DNA from: Octopus sinensis
Lineage: Eukaryota
NCBI RefSeq assembly: GCF_006345805.1
Contig: NC_043010.1
Location: forward strand, 21,948,001 to 22,012,000
Length of the DNA: 64,000 nucleotides
Direction of reading: 5' to 3'
The translations under genes and the position numbers were made by a program. The notes below the pieces were generated by a model. The model did no database searches, had not been told where the DNA came from, and saw only the letters and a list, made by a program, of their open reading frames with translations. Below are positions 63,820-64,000 of the stretch, one piece after another (the stretch's first letter is position 1; each line of letters begins with the position of its first letter).

Positions 63820-64000
63820 CAAAATGCTTAGCGGTATTTCGTCAGACTTTAGGTTCTGAGTTCAAATTACAGCGAACTGGACTTTCATTATTATCATTTT
63901 CCGGGTAGATAAAACAAGTACCTGTTGAACACTGGGGTGCATGTAATCAACTTAAATCTCCCCTCAAAATTGCTGACTTTGGGCCAAAATCCGAATTATT
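63820..64000 (+). mobile_element. SINE family B (diverged), reaches the window end
   Basis: aaaatgcttagcggtatttcgtc...gagttcaaatt...cactggggtgcatgtaatcaactt. Confidence 0.7.

Overview
AT-rich, microsatellite-dense eukaryotic non-coding DNA. The SINE and LINE complement looks like a cephalopod (Octopus-type) genome; this is an inference from repeat families, not a database result. I found no intact host gene. Almost every six-frame ORF is microsatellite noise or a decayed transposon fragment. Recognisable content: (i) several 5'-truncated R4/Dong-like RT-REL retrotransposons, nearly all next to (TAA)n tracts; (ii) three CR1/L2-group LINE copies; (iii) Penelope-like element (PLE) remnants; (iv) one full-length and one internally deleted mariner, a maT/DD37D-like relic, a Helitron Pif1-helicase relic and several MITE/foldback elements; (v) four tRNA-derived SINE families. 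The main unexpected signal is a set of hammerhead-ribozyme (HHR) motifs. These are one canonical type I HHR at 32150-32237, three near-intact minimal HHRs (45271, 59131, 61166), one core-intact candidate on the minus strand (4914-4960) and several decayed copies. Most sit in short non-coding cassettes beside microsatellites and resemble PLE terminal repeats or retrozymes. Also notable: a 3' stem-loop shared between the dominant SINE and the CR1-like LINEs, a zero-spacer head-to-head SINE palindrome, SINE multimers and several long foldbacks. All folds and identities were assessed by eye; element boundaries are approximate unless defined by TIRs or TSDs.
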